A DNA stretch of 64,000 nt from positions 3,296,001-3,360,000 of the forward strand of contig OY969585.1 of the NCBI GenBank assembly GCA_963701295.1. Direction: 5' to 3'. A model generated the notes under the pieces. That model made no database searches. It saw only the letters and a list, made by a program, of their open reading frames with translations, and was not told the DNA's origin. Every line of letters starts with the position of its first letter. The stretch's first letter is position 1. Below, in pieces: positions 31,322-41,460 of this stretch. The stretch is from Ignavibacteriota bacterium (GTDB lineage: Bacteria; Bacteroidota; Ignavibacteria; UBA10030). The translations under genes were made by a program, and so were the position numbers.

Positions 31322-32464
31322 TCACGCAAGGAATTTCCGCATACGAAGTGAACTGACTCCGATCATCACCACGGCATAGATCGTAAGAAAAATCGCCTGA
31401 TCCCAGAATGCACTTACTCCTGCTCCTTTTAGGATAATTGCACGCAGGGCAACAAGAAAATATCTCGCTGGAATAAGATATGTGACCCCTTGAATGATCG
31501 CCGGCATATTGCGGATTGGAAATACAAAGCCCGAAAGGATAAACGTCGGAAGCATCGAAAGGATTACTGCGATCATGAATGCAAGCTGCTGTGTTTCCAC
31601 AAGCGTCGATATCAACATTCCGACTCCTAATCCACCGACAAGAAAAAGGGTAGTCATAATGGATAGGAGGAAAATACTTCCTTTGATGCTCACATCAAAC
31701 AAGACATATCCAAAAAATAAAATTACTACTGTTGCGATGAGAGAAATAATAATGTACGGTATGGTTTTGCCAAGGATCAATTCAATAGGTTTAATAGGTG
31801 AAACCATAATTTGTTCCATTGTGCCAAGTTCACGCTCACGAACGACCGCAAGCGCTGTGGAAAGCACCGTTGTTACCATAAGAATAAAGGCGATAAGCCC
31901 CGGTACGAGAAACTTAACACTCTTCAATTCTGGATTATACCATACACGCGGTTGAAAATCGACTGGCAAGGTGATTTGCTGCCCCCCTATTCTCATGAAC
32001 GACTCAGCCATAATCTTGAGGGAGTATTGTTGGATCATTGCATTGATATATCCCAGAACGGTCGCTGCTGCATTGGAGTTAGCGCCATCGACAATGACTT
32101 GTACAGACGCAGTTTTCCCTCGTTGAATGTCTTTCGAAAACGAAGAAGGCACAACTAACACAACACGAACTTGTTCTCCATCAAGCAAATCATTGATCTC
32201 TGCTTTGCTTGATAACGTTTGAACTTTAACAAAATATTCCGAAGTAAAGAATTGTTGAATAAAATCTCTGCTGGCACTACTTCTGTCTTCGTCATACACT
32301 GCCATCCTGGTATTCTTTACATCGAAGTTCAAGGCGTACCCGAACGCAAAGAGCATCAGCGCTGGGAAGAATAATAAAACGCCAAGTATACGCTTGTCGC
32401 GTATGATCTGGCGAAATTCTTTCCGCACAATAGGAAGAATATTCAGAGAAAATTTTATTGTCAT
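31322..32464 (-). CDS. ABC-2 transporter permease (YbhS-like)
   Basis: RKEFRQI, WYNPEL, VVRERELGTMEQ, LSGFVFPIRNMP. Confidence 0.92.
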   Translation of the reverse strand: MTIKFSLNILPIVRKEFRQIIRDKRILGVLLFFPALMLFAFGYALNFDVKNTRMAVYDEDRSSASRDFIQQFFTSEYFVKVQTLSSKAEINDLLDGEQVRVVLVVPSSFSKDIQRGKTASVQVIVDGANSNAAATVLGYINAMIQQYSLKIMAESFMRIGGQQITLPVDFQPRVWYNPELKSVKFLVPGLIAFILMVTTVLSTALAVVRERELGTMEQIMVSPIKPIELILGKTIPYIIISLIATVVILFFGYVLFDVSIKGSIFLLSIMTTLFLVGGLGVGMLISTLVETQQLAFMIAVILSMLPTFILSGFVFPIRNMPAIIQGVTYLIPARYFLVALRAIILKGAGVSAFWDQAIFLTIYAVVMIGVSSLRMRKFLA

Positions 32465-33468
32465 AAATGAATATCTTCTTCCTTCCGTGCATCTTCTTCA
32501 GCAATCATGTGAATAAAGACGTCTTCAAGTGAAGGAATGATTTGTCCGATTCTCTCTATCTGAATCTTATTCTTCGCCAGTACCTGATTAATTTTTTTCT
32601 GTGTGTCGGGTTCATTGAACGTACTGACATGAAATGCCGATCCAAAAATCGATGTCTCTGCTGTCCATGGTTGTCCTCGCAACAACTCCATCGCATCCAC
32701 AGGCTGTGTGCAGTGAACTTCAAAGATAGAATATCGATCAAGGCTATGCTTTAATTCTGTCGGGGAACCGGTAGCGATTAACTTGCCGTTATAGATCAGT
32801 CCAATCGTGTTGCAATGTTCCGCTTCATCCATATAATGTGTTGTGACAAACACAGTGACTCCGCGGTGCGATAAATCATAAATCAAATCCCAGAAGTTGC
32901 GCCGCGATACCGGATCGACACCTCCTGTCGGTTCGTCAAGAAATAAAATTGGTGGCTCGTGCAGAATAGAGCATCCCAGCGCCAATCGCTGCCTCCATCC
33001 GCCTGAAAGCGCTTGAGCCCGCATTGTCTCTTTACCGGTTAATCCAGCCATCTCAATCGCCCAACGCTTGCGTTCTTCAAAATGCTCGCCGTCAAGGCCG
33101 TAAATGCCGCCATAGAAGTTAATATTTTGCTCAACTGAAAGATCCTCGTACAAAGAAAATCGCTGTGACATGTATCCAATATGTGCTTTTACATCGTCGG
33201 ATTGTTTCGCAATATCAAACCCATCAACACTCGCCATGCCTTCGGTTGGTAAAAGAAGTCCGCAGAGCATTCGAATGGTGGTCGACTTTCCAGCGCCATT
33301 CGGCCCAAGAAAACCAAATACCTCACCTCGTTTCACTTTAAAACTGACGCGATCGACCGCAATAAATTTTCCGAATTTCTTCGTCAAACTGTCAGCAACG
33401 ACTGCATACTCCAGGTCGGATTGTGTACTGTCGAACTGCCTTTCTCTCTTACCAACCCACAACTTCAC
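32461..33468 (-). CDS. ABC transporter ATP-binding protein
   Basis: GPNGAGKST, LSGG, LDEPT; GTG start overlaps the TolC stop. Confidence 0.92.
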   Translation of the reverse strand: MKLWVGKRERQFDSTQSDLEYAVVADSLTKKFGKFIAVDRVSFKVKRGEVFGFLGPNGAGKSTTIRMLCGLLLPTEGMASVDGFDIAKQSDDVKAHIGYMSQRFSLYEDLSVEQNINFYGGIYGLDGEHFEERKRWAIEMAGLTGKETMRAQALSGGWRQRLALGCSILHEPPILFLDEPTGGVDPVSRRNFWDLIYDLSHRGVTVFVTTHYMDEAEHCNTIGLIYNGKLIATGSPTELKHSLDRYSIFEVHCTQPVDAMELLRGQPWTAETSIFGSAFHVSTFNEPDTQKKINQVLAKNKIQIERIGQIIPSLEDVFIHMIAEEDARKEEDIHL

Positions 33469-34811
33469 TCGTTTTCTCCTATCGCTCTTTTCAATCTTGC
33501 CAATGCAAGAGTACAATCGACTACTGATTGTGTATGCGTGAGCTTTGCTTGCAAAAGTGCAATCTCCGCGTCAAGCATATCCGTGTTAGATGTAATGCCA
33601 TTTCTATATTTTTCCGAAGTCATGCGATACGATTCCTGCGCTTGCTGCATTCCATCATATGCGACATCGACTTTTTCCTTAGCAGTCTGAGCATTGAAAT
33701 ATTGCTGTGCGACATCCAATGTCACTGCATCGTTCAACTGCGACATCCCTGCCTCCGTCTGACGCAAGGTGGCCTGTGCCTGTACGGTTTGATAATGTGT
33801 TGCAAGCCAATCCCAAATATTCCATTGAAACGTCACACCAACATCCCATGTTCCATCCCATTGATCTTTCGGGGGAACGATTCGTTGGTTTGGCCTGGCA
33901 TAATCATAGTTGGCAATAAAAAAAACTTGCGGATACCAGCCTCCTTTTACCGCAGCCACACTTGCGCTATTCATGTCACGGCGTAACTGCATCGATTTCA
34001 ATTCAGGACGATGATCACGAGCACGTTTCTGTAGTTCCTGTAAATCTTCATGAAGAACCTGTACATCCGTTCCTTGGAATATTGCCGGTGTATCACTCGG
34101 CATCACCTGTAAATCCAAAGAATTTCCAAGAATACTATTCAACGCCATCGACGCAAGGCGAATTGCATTCTGTGCTTCTATGTGCTTTACTTTGACATCT
34201 GAACACTGCACTTGCACTTTCATCACGTCGGCATCTGTTGCCAAACCTTGGTTCTCGAGGTTCGTGACATCTTTGAGATGTTCGGACATTTGTTCAATCG
34301 ACTGACGAATAACTTCTTCTACCCTATGTGCACGAAAGAGATTCCAGTAAGCAACTATGACGTCCAGAATCAAATCCGATTGATCCTTCGTGAGATCTTG
34401 ACGGATCGCACCGGCATTCAGTTCAGCCATCTCCCGATTCTTCATAAGCTTGAATCCGGTAAAAAGCGGCTGTTGCAAGGAAAGTCTCATGTCATAGTTT
34501 TCATTGATAGAGGGGAATATCACTGCAGAGTAATTGAAATACAATGAGTGAATATTAATCCCAAATGGATCGACTGCACTTAGTTTTTCCGCACGTCCAG
34601 TTAACTTTAGTTGAGGGAGCAATACTGTCGTCGCCTCTGATGAACGCGCCTCCGCTGCCTGCACCTTCGCCTGACTCATCTGAAGTGATGGATTTTGACC
34701 TAATGCCTGTACGATACAATCAGTCAAACGGAGAGGTTGAACGTTCTGCTGGGCAAACACGTTGCTTGTTATTACGAAGGAAATCATTAGGAATTTTATA
34801 TTCATGGTCAC
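33465..34811 (-). CDS. TolC-family outer-membrane efflux protein
   Basis: Signal peptide, LQQPLFTG, RPEL, Y..G....DMLDAE. Confidence 0.92.
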   Translation of the reverse strand: MTMNIKFLMISFVITSNVFAQQNVQPLRLTDCIVQALGQNPSLQMSQAKVQAAEARSSEATTVLLPQLKLTGRAEKLSAVDPFGINIHSLYFNYSAVIFPSINENYDMRLSLQQPLFTGFKLMKNREMAELNAGAIRQDLTKDQSDLILDVIVAYWNLFRAHRVEEVIRQSIEQMSEHLKDVTNLENQGLATDADVMKVQVQCSDVKVKHIEAQNAIRLASMALNSILGNSLDLQVMPSDTPAIFQGTDVQVLHEDLQELQKRARDHRPELKSMQLRRDMNSASVAAVKGGWYPQVFFIANYDYARPNQRIVPPKDQWDGTWDVGVTFQWNIWDWLATHYQTVQAQATLRQTEAGMSQLNDAVTLDVAQQYFNAQTAKEKVDVAYDGMQQAQESYRMTSEKYRNGITSNTDMLDAEIALLQAKLTHTQSVVDCTLALARLKRAIGENE

Positions 34812-34823
34812 CTCATCAAATTG

Positions 34824-35750
34824 TCAAAGATTCATACTCGCGATAAAAACATCTTCCAGCGATGCTGGAATAATCCGATAACTGTGGACTTCGATCTGTT
34901 CTTTTTTTAGCGTTCGTAGAATTTCATTTTCTTTCATCTTTGCGTCTTGAACCAGGATGTGCAGACGGTCACCGAACAATTGGATATCTTTTCGCACGAA
35001 AGATCGCAGCAGTACTTCTGAAGCAGCTCGTACGTTATCGCAAACGAGTTCAATCACTTCAGAATGAAAAGATGATTTAATAACTTCCGGAGTATCGCAA
35101 ATGAGAAGCCTGCCTTGGTTCATCATCGCTACGCGAGTGCTTCGCTCGGCTTCATCAAGATAGGGCGTGCTGAGGACAATAGTAATTCCAGATTTGAGAA
35201 GACTCGATAATATTTTCCAAAAATCCCGGCGGGAGACCGGATCAACTCCTGTCGTCGGCTCATCGAGAAAAATAATATCCGGTGTATGAATGAGCGTACA
35301 GGCAAGTGCAAGTTTTTGTTTCATGCCTCCAGAGAGACGTCCAGCGAGACGATCATGAAACTGTGTGAGCCGTGTAAAAGCAAGCAGTTCTTCTTTTCTA
35401 TTTTTATACTTATGCACTTTATGGATCTCGGCGAAGAAGTCGATGTTCTCATCAATAGTTAAATCTTGATAGAGGCTGAAACGCTGCGAAAGATAGCCAA
35501 TGTGCTTCTTCACATCACTTTTCTGTTTTCGAATGTCATAGCCCAACAGCGAAATACTTCCTTCCGTCGGTGCCAGGATTCCGCACATCATCCGGATTGT
35601 TGTCGTTTTCCCTGCGCCATCAGGTCCAACTAAGCTGAAAATTTCTCCTCGCTCAATAGTGAAAGAGAGATGATCCACAGCGACGAGATGATCTTTCAGC
35701 TTTTCACTAAACACCTTCACAACATTATCGAGAATAATGGCATCAGCCAT
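34824..35750 (-). CDS. ABC transporter ATP-binding protein
   Basis: GPDGAGKTT, LSGGMKQK, LDEPTTGVDP. Confidence 0.92.
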   Translation of the reverse strand: MADAIILDNVVKVFSEKLKDHLVAVDHLSFTIERGEIFSLVGPDGAGKTTTIRMMCGILAPTEGSISLLGYDIRKQKSDVKKHIGYLSQRFSLYQDLTIDENIDFFAEIHKVHKYKNRKEELLAFTRLTQFHDRLAGRLSGGMKQKLALACTLIHTPDIIFLDEPTTGVDPVSRRDFWKILSSLLKSGITIVLSTPYLDEAERSTRVAMMNQGRLLICDTPEVIKSSFHSEVIELVCDNVRAASEVLLRSFVRKDIQLFGDRLHILVQDAKMKENEILRTLKKEQIEVHSYRIIPASLEDVFIASMNL

Positions 35751-35761
35751 AACAAACAACC

Positions 35762-36685
35762 TTATCTATTTGCCACATGCAATATCACATCTGCCGGTAC
35801 ACCGGCTTTCAATGTACCATCAGGATTCGGCACTTTCACTTTGACACTAAACACGAGCTTCGTCCGCTCGTCATTGGTTTGAATATTTTTCGGTGTAAAC
35901 TCTGCGATCGATGAAATGAATACAACTTTTCCTTCATACTCTTTTTTCGGAAACGCATCAACAGTCACGAAAGCTTTCTGATTCAGTTGAACTTTCGGAA
36001 GATCAACTTCTGTAACATAAATTGTAATGTCCATCAATGAGAGGTCTGAGATTCGATAGAGCGCTGTACCGATACCAACAAGCTCACCTTGCTCTACAAA
36101 ACGTTTGGTGATGCTCCCGGCAATCGGAGCGACGACATTGCAGTCGCTCACTTTTTTTTGAAGAGAATTGAACAATCCCTTCGTCTGGTCGCGTCGGGCA
36201 CGTGCTGCATCTATTTCTTCCTTCTGCAAGCCGCGTTTGGTTTTTTCCCATATCTGCTGACTAACGGTAAACCGAGTTTTTGCATCATCAAGCTGCTTCT
36301 CCGTAACACTCTTCGCACGGTAGAGTTCTTCCATGCGCCTCAGATCATCATCGGCGTTTTTAAAATTTGCTTCCGCTTGAATAAGATCTTCTTCGCGTGC
36401 TCCTTTGAGAGCAAGCTGAAATTGGGCTTCCGCCATTTCATAACCGCCGCTCGCTTGATCCAATTGATAGCGCCAATCAGTATCATCGATAATCAGGAGC
36501 GTATCGCCCTCGCGGACAAGCTGTCCTTCGTCGGCTATAATGTGCTTGATCTGACCGCCGGATTGAGCGCTCAGAGTGATTTCCGTTGCTTCAATGGTTC
36601 CGGTTGCCGAGATGGTCGGTCCATCGCCGCCACTGCAGCCAAAAAGAAAGGCGGCACAAAAAAGAATTGCTAGAGTTTTGTTCAT
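35762..36685 (-). CDS. HlyD/YbhG-family membrane fusion lipoprotein
   Basis: Lipobox LFGC, coiled coil, AEFTPKNIQT. Confidence 0.9.
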   Translation of the reverse strand: MNKTLAILFCAAFLFGCSGGDGPTISATGTIEATEITLSAQSGGQIKHIIADEGQLVREGDTLLIIDDTDWRYQLDQASGGYEMAEAQFQLALKGAREEDLIQAEANFKNADDDLRRMEELYRAKSVTEKQLDDAKTRFTVSQQIWEKTKRGLQKEEIDAARARRDQTKGLFNSLQKKVSDCNVVAPIAGSITKRFVEQGELVGIGTALYRISDLSLMDITIYVTEVDLPKVQLNQKAFVTVDAFPKKEYEGKVVFISSIAEFTPKNIQTNDERTKLVFSVKVKVPNPDGTLKAGVPADVILHVANR

Positions 36686-37323
36686 ACTTGCCTCGATGAT
36701 TCATTTGTTGAAAGACTAAGATTATTCAATTGAAATCGTTTACGTGCTTCTTGAGTAAATGCGCCTTCATAGAGAATTCTGAAAATGCCTTTGAAAGCTT
36801 CTTCTGCCGAAAATGGCTGTTGAGAAAGTATCTGCGGATTCATAATGCCTTCAATTGTCGTGGTCAATATGAGATAAAAAAGATCCGGATCCAGGTCTTC
36901 ACGAAAGACTCCCTCCTTTTTTGCCTGCTTAAACATTTGTTGCAGCTGGCTCAACACCCGTTCACGGCGGAATAATTCAATCTCTTTCCATAGAGCCGGT
37001 GCAAACCGTTGAACATCTGTCATAAATGGACGTGACAGCTTCCGCATATGCTTCCCGACAAACGCAAGAAGTGTTGTAAGTCTTTCTTCGATCGGTTTAT
37101 CTGAAGAAATAATTCCTTGCACTTCTCCTTCAATTTTCTTCATAAATGTATGAACGATCACCTTCAAGAGAGTTTCTTTGCTTGGAAAGAACTTGTAGAC
37201 AGTTTTTTTACTCATTCGAAGATCCGACGCAATCTCATCCATCGTGACTTTATAGAATCCAGTGTTCATAAATCTGTCGGAAGCCGCATCGATTATTCTT
37301 ATCTCGTCATCATTTTCGGACAT
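36682..37323 (-). CDS. TetR/AcrR family regulator
   Basis: GFYKVTMDEIASDLRMSKKTVYKFFPSKE helix-turn-helix; first gene of the efflux operon. Confidence 0.93.
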   Translation of the reverse strand: MSENDDEIRIIDAASDRFMNTGFYKVTMDEIASDLRMSKKTVYKFFPSKETLLKVIVHTFMKKIEGEVQGIISSDKPIEERLTTLLAFVGKHMRKLSRPFMTDVQRFAPALWKEIELFRRERVLSQLQQMFKQAKKEGVFREDLDPDLFYLILTTTIEGIMNPQILSQQPFSAEEAFKGIFRILYEGAFTQEARKRFQLNNLSLSTNESSRQV

Positions 37324-37339
37324 AATCTAAATCTCCGAT

Positions 37340-37451
37340 AAAAACTATAATGGTATTATAGGTTTCCTAAAGATAAAACATCGAAACACTATAATAACTG
37401 CAGTCATTTATTCTATTCCATCAGGAAACTATTATCGTTTCTTACGTTTCC
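37340..37451. promoter_or_regulatory. Two candidate TetR operators
   Basis: AAAAAC-N16-GTTTCC (37340-37367) and GGAAAC-N16-GTTTCC (37424-37451); the spacers are 10/16 identical. Confidence 0.55.
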
Positions 37452-37628
37452 AATATAAATAACTGATTCTGATTTGTCAAGTAGTTTTTTCGGGGAAATA
37501 AAGATGTTTACCGAAGTAGGAAAACGGCTTTAAAGAACTCTGCATCCCGCTTTTGTGAGACGCATCGGGAGAATTTTATTTACTTAACCCTGTCTTTTTT
37601 AAACTGGCTAGGCAATAGACCAAGTAAA

Positions 37629-38126
37629 TTATAGTTTTCCAAGATCAAGCTCATGTAAAGGAATTCTCATGCCATTGGATTTTCGAATCCTTCTGCCAAC
37701 ATGAGCAAACAATCCTCCAAAGATGCGAACTGCTAGATGATATATGTGCCTCGGGGCAAATCCGGTTTCATTCATTAATCTGAGAAAACAGCTGTCTGCT
37801 TGCTTTCGAGTAAGCGGAACACCAGCGGGAAGAAATTGGTAGAGGGCATCGTGGATAAGTGACGCATGGTATGTTTTAGGTTTCCTTGTACGCGAGTCTA
37901 CGACTCCATCAGGAGTACCAAAAAGCATATCAAATATGCAGATTTTCGGAGAGCAGCCATCCCAAGCATAGCTCTTGTTGACGGTCATCTTTCCATTACG
38001 GAGAAGAATCAATCGTACAATTCCAGTTTTGTCTTTAAACGCAAAGTCATCTGTGAATGTAAACCCCGACTTCCATGAAAAATCTTGTTCGAGTTCGAAG
38101 ACCCATTTCACACTATTCTCACACAT
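37629..38126 (-). CDS. DUF1353-like hypothetical protein (cassette gene)
   Basis: YAWDGCSP...ASLIHDALYQ...RKQAD..F...M...Y.AVR.FG pattern. Confidence 0.7.
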   Translation of the reverse strand: MCENSVKWVFELEQDFSWKSGFTFTDDFAFKDKTGIVRLILLRNGKMTVNKSYAWDGCSPKICIFDMLFGTPDGVVDSRTRKPKTYHASLIHDALYQFLPAGVPLTRKQADSCFLRLMNETGFAPRHIYHLAVRIFGGLFAHVGRRIRKSNGMRIPLHELDLGKL

Positions 38127-38150
38127 TCAACACTCCCGGAAAATGTATTT

Positions 38151-38176
38151 ATCTATTGCCGAACGGATGGCGCTTG
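38151..38176 (-). repeat. Truncated attC-like R' end (cassette boundary)
   Basis: AGCGCCATCC-GTTCGGCAATAGAT; its reverse complement TCTATTGCC recurs just after the stop of the downstream gene (37611-37619). Confidence 0.55.
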
Positions 38177-38190
38177 GTAGCAAATATTAT

Positions 38191-39738
38191 TTATTTTTTT
38201 TCGATTGTGCCTTTAATCGTAGTATTCATACCATAAGTAAAAATATTCATGGTTATATTTTGCTCATGAAAACGTAATTCAAAAATTTGTTTTGATGGAT
38301 CGCCGATAATATGATGTTCAATAATAAATGTATCATTATTTTTCCAATATCCTTTGCAGGCTATTTCCTCTCCATCAGGATGAACTCCCATCGAAAAATC
38401 TATTTTGTTTATGATATAATTGCCTTTCAAACCAACCTGCATATTGATCTTTTTATCACCAAGACAATATTTCCACAAACACGCGTCGTTCTTGGCAAAT
38501 GTAAAATTTGTTGATTTGAAACCAATTCTATTTGTTTCAAGAATATAATTGCTGTCGGAAATTTTCAATGCAATTTGCGGCATCGATTTGTTATGTTTTT
38601 CTTTAGGATTTTCTATTTCCAAAATAGTATTACGTAATTTTTGGAAAGCTAATGGATTAGCAGGCAGCAGCAAATCACTTTTTATAGCTGAATAAATATT
38701 CTTCTCCAAAAACGACTTCATAAACTCCCCATAACGATTGATATCATCAAACCCATTAGCGGTAATTACAACCACTATATCCAAGTCTGGCCTAACAATG
38801 ATGTACTGTCCTCCTGCACCCCAAGCCATATAGCCCTTTTCCTGTATCCACCACCAATAACCATAGTTCAAACCCATAGCATAGCTAACATTGTCAGGTA
38901 TCTTCACTTTTTGAGATGTAGATTCTTTTATCCACTCATCTGATACAATTTGCTGTTGATTCCACTTACCTTTATTCAAAAATAAATATCCGAATTTAGC
39001 CATATCTCGCGGGGTTAAAAAAATATCAGATCCACCATGATAATATCCATCAGAGCTTTTTGCCCATTGATAAGATTTAATACCTAAAGGGTCAAAGAGA
39101 TATTTATCAGTAAAATTCTTTGTGCTTTCCCCGCTTACTTTTGTTAGTATGGCAGACATCATATGCGGCAACATAGTGTTATACTCAAATTTTTCTCCTG
39201 GTTTATCCCTCATAGGAATTTTAATCCAGTTTTCCAGATCATAAGGAGATGGCCCGGAATCTTCCATCCAATTGAAGCCAGCCGTCATTGTTAATAGGTT
39301 ATACAAAATAATATCTTGTTTTAGTGGTTCATGAACATATTCAGGAAAGAATTCTGAGACTTTCTGATGCAAATTATTCAGATATTTTTTCTCTAATGCA
39401 ATTCCCACCAACGCTGATATTATGCTCTTCGAGGCTGATTTTACATTGTGGGTTGTGAATTTATTGTAGGGAGCCCAATAAGCTTCAGTAACTATGCAAC
39501 CATTTCTGATAATTAGAATGCTGTGAAAATCTAATGTTGAAGCATGTATTTTTTGGAACATCTCCAATATATTTTTTGAATCCATTCCTTGTTCTTCCGG
39601 TGTCGAAATCCTCCATTTGTCATCCGGATCACATGAACCCTTTATTTTCCCATATAATGAAATTGAGAAACTAAATCCAAAAAAGATTATTAGAAATAGT
39701 ATTGATTGTAATCTGTATTTTACCATAGAAATATCCAT
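38191..39738 (-). CDS. Serine hydrolase, beta-lactamase class C-like family
   Basis: PEEQGMD, SASK (SxxK), LLTMTAG, FEYN, RDMAKFG, YGYWWW, AWGAGGQ; AT-rich. Confidence 0.9.
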   Translation of the reverse strand: MDISMVKYRLQSILFLIIFFGFSFSISLYGKIKGSCDPDDKWRISTPEEQGMDSKNILEMFQKIHASTLDFHSILIIRNGCIVTEAYWAPYNKFTTHNVKSASKSIISALVGIALEKKYLNNLHQKVSEFFPEYVHEPLKQDIILYNLLTMTAGFNWMEDSGPSPYDLENWIKIPMRDKPGEKFEYNTMLPHMMSAILTKVSGESTKNFTDKYLFDPLGIKSYQWAKSSDGYYHGGSDIFLTPRDMAKFGYLFLNKGKWNQQQIVSDEWIKESTSQKVKIPDNVSYAMGLNYGYWWWIQEKGYMAWGAGGQYIIVRPDLDIVVVITANGFDDINRYGEFMKSFLEKNIYSAIKSDLLLPANPLAFQKLRNTILEIENPKEKHNKSMPQIALKISDSNYILETNRIGFKSTNFTFAKNDACLWKYCLGDKKINMQVGLKGNYIINKIDFSMGVHPDGEEIACKGYWKNNDTFIIEHHIIGDPSKQIFELRFHEQNITMNIFTYGMNTTIKGTIEKK

Positions 39739-39771
39739 TAAATTTTAATATGTGTTGAAATCTAATTTTGA

Positions 39772-40266
39772 TCAACGCGTGGTACTTAATCTCTTCAAAT
39801 CCAATTTTTGTAAAATTGATAATGGATACTTATTATTGGTTGTATTGAGAACCATAACTGTTACCATCATATTGTCCAGGATCTTAACTGAAACTTTTAT
39901 GGAATTTGAAATTTCGTCATTCTTTCCCTGTGGCCAAATAATAGCATCGAATTTTAAAATCGAGACTGGTGTGCCTTTTTTTGAAAATACTGCCTTTATA
40001 TAATCCGGTACTCCCTGTCCGTGAATGATTGCTATAACGGCTATAGGCCCCTTGGGGGAGCTGTAATATCTTTGAACACGCGCTTGTACAGTGTCATCCT
40101 TCATGTCAACGTGTTTCTCTTTTTTCACAGTAACTCCTGTTGCAATAAAATCACCAAGTGTGTCTGGCAGGAATGTCGCTAAATGCGCAGCCGATTGGGA
40201 GAAAGTATTTATCGCAAAAATTGGAATCAATATAATTGCTAACCAGAAGGAATGGTGAATCTTCAT
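39772..40266 (-). CDS. Secreted hypothetical protein (cassette gene)
   Basis: Signal peptide; SD AAGGAG; lies directly after an attC-like R' site. Confidence 0.7.
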   Translation of the reverse strand: MKIHHSFWLAIILIPIFAINTFSQSAAHLATFLPDTLGDFIATGVTVKKEKHVDMKDDTVQARVQRYYSSPKGPIAVIAIIHGQGVPDYIKAVFSKKGTPVSILKFDAIIWPQGKNDEISNSIKVSVKILDNMMVTVMVLNTTNNKYPLSILQKLDLKRLSTTR

Positions 40267-40285
40267 TATATTCTCCTTTAAGTGT

Positions 40286-40590
40286 GATTAACAGATGGCA
40301 CATAAGTCCGTGGCGCTTTTTGCGCCACGCGATCGCGATCCGCATCGCGGGATCGGATTGCGCCGCTGAAAATTATCAAATTGTACCAAACGAAACAAGT
40401 TCATGATGAAAACTTTTGAACCTGCGCCTGAGGCGCATGAGCTTCTGGCTTACAATTCCGTACTAAACCTATGCTCGCTTTGAATTTTGCAGTTCAAAAA
40501 ATTTGTATTGCACCTCGTGCAATATCATTCTTATGACTCCGGCTGTGTTCTATTTTTCTGGATAGGCCGAGCTTGAGCGCCTGGTTAGCC
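40286..40590 (-). repeat. Long attC-like site (305 bp)
   Basis: R'' GGCTAAC-CAGGCGCTCAAGCT just after the DJ-1 stop; far end GACTTATGTGCCATCT-GTTAATC; several internal hairpins. Confidence 0.7.
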
Positions 40591-40605
40591 ACAGTGCCTT
40601 ATTAT

Positions 40606-41205
40606 TTAATATAGTTCTGAGAATGGATCGCATTCGGAATTCTCTTCCCAGTCATATTCTATTTCATTGCTCTGTCGCTTCGCTATTTCGTGTCCGAATA
40701 AATCGGAGATGAAGCCAAGTGTCATATCAATTCCAGCACTGACTCCTGAACTTGAATATATATTCCCATCACGAACCCATCGAGCCTTTTTAATCCAATG
40801 AACATTTGGCGATTCTTTATGTGTCCAAGAAAATACCCGCTTATTTGAAGTCGCCCTTTTTCCGTCCAATAAACCCGTTTTTGAAAACAATATTGAGCCA
40901 GTACAGACGGTCATAACATATTCTGCTTTCTTGGATAATTCGGCTATCTTGTTCACAAAACTACTATTCTTCAATAAATCTCTTATTCCTATTCCTCCGG
41001 GAATCAGCAAAATATACGATTCAGAATGCAACTCAGAAAAAGGACGTGTTTCGACTCTTACTTTCTGAGAACTGATGATAATTCCACCCTCTTTTGAATA
41101 GAATTCCGGATTGAAGTGCTCGGTTAATCGTCCAAGCACTTCAATAGGACCGAATGCATCCAATGTCTCGAAATCAGTAAATAAAATTACAGCTACATCT
41201 CTCAT
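40606..41205 (-). CDS. DJ-1/PfpI family protein (cassette gene)
   Basis: FETLDAFGPIEV, IPGG, VCTGS, DGNIYSSSGVSAGIDM. Confidence 0.92.
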   Translation of the reverse strand: MRDVAVILFTDFETLDAFGPIEVLGRLTEHFNPEFYSKEGGIIISSQKVRVETRPFSELHSESYILLIPGGIGIRDLLKNSSFVNKIAELSKKAEYVMTVCTGSILFSKTGLLDGKRATSNKRVFSWTHKESPNVHWIKKARWVRDGNIYSSSGVSAGIDMTLGFISDLFGHEIAKRQSNEIEYDWEENSECDPFSELY

Positions 41206-41229
41206 TTATTATTCTTTTCCTGGCACTGC

Positions 41230-41456
41230 GCTTAACGGACGTGTGCTAATCCCGATTCGGCAGATTTGTTGTCTTCTAAACAAATTGTGGCCGAATCGAG
41301 GGTCCCGCTGCTGCGGGAGCTGCGCCATTGAATATTTTCAATATACACAAAACGAAACAAGTTTATTCTGAAAAGTTTATTATTAAAAATCAAAACTTAT
41401 CCCAGCTATACTTATCGTAACACGCCCATTGCGTCTGCTTGATGCATGGGTTAGGG
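41230..41456 (-). repeat. Long attC-like site (227 bp)
   Basis: R'' GCCCTAAC-CCATGCATCAAGCAGAC just after the T9SS gene stop; far end GATTAGCACACGTCC-GTTAAGC (GTTRRRY). Confidence 0.75.
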
Positions 41457-41460
41457 CGCT

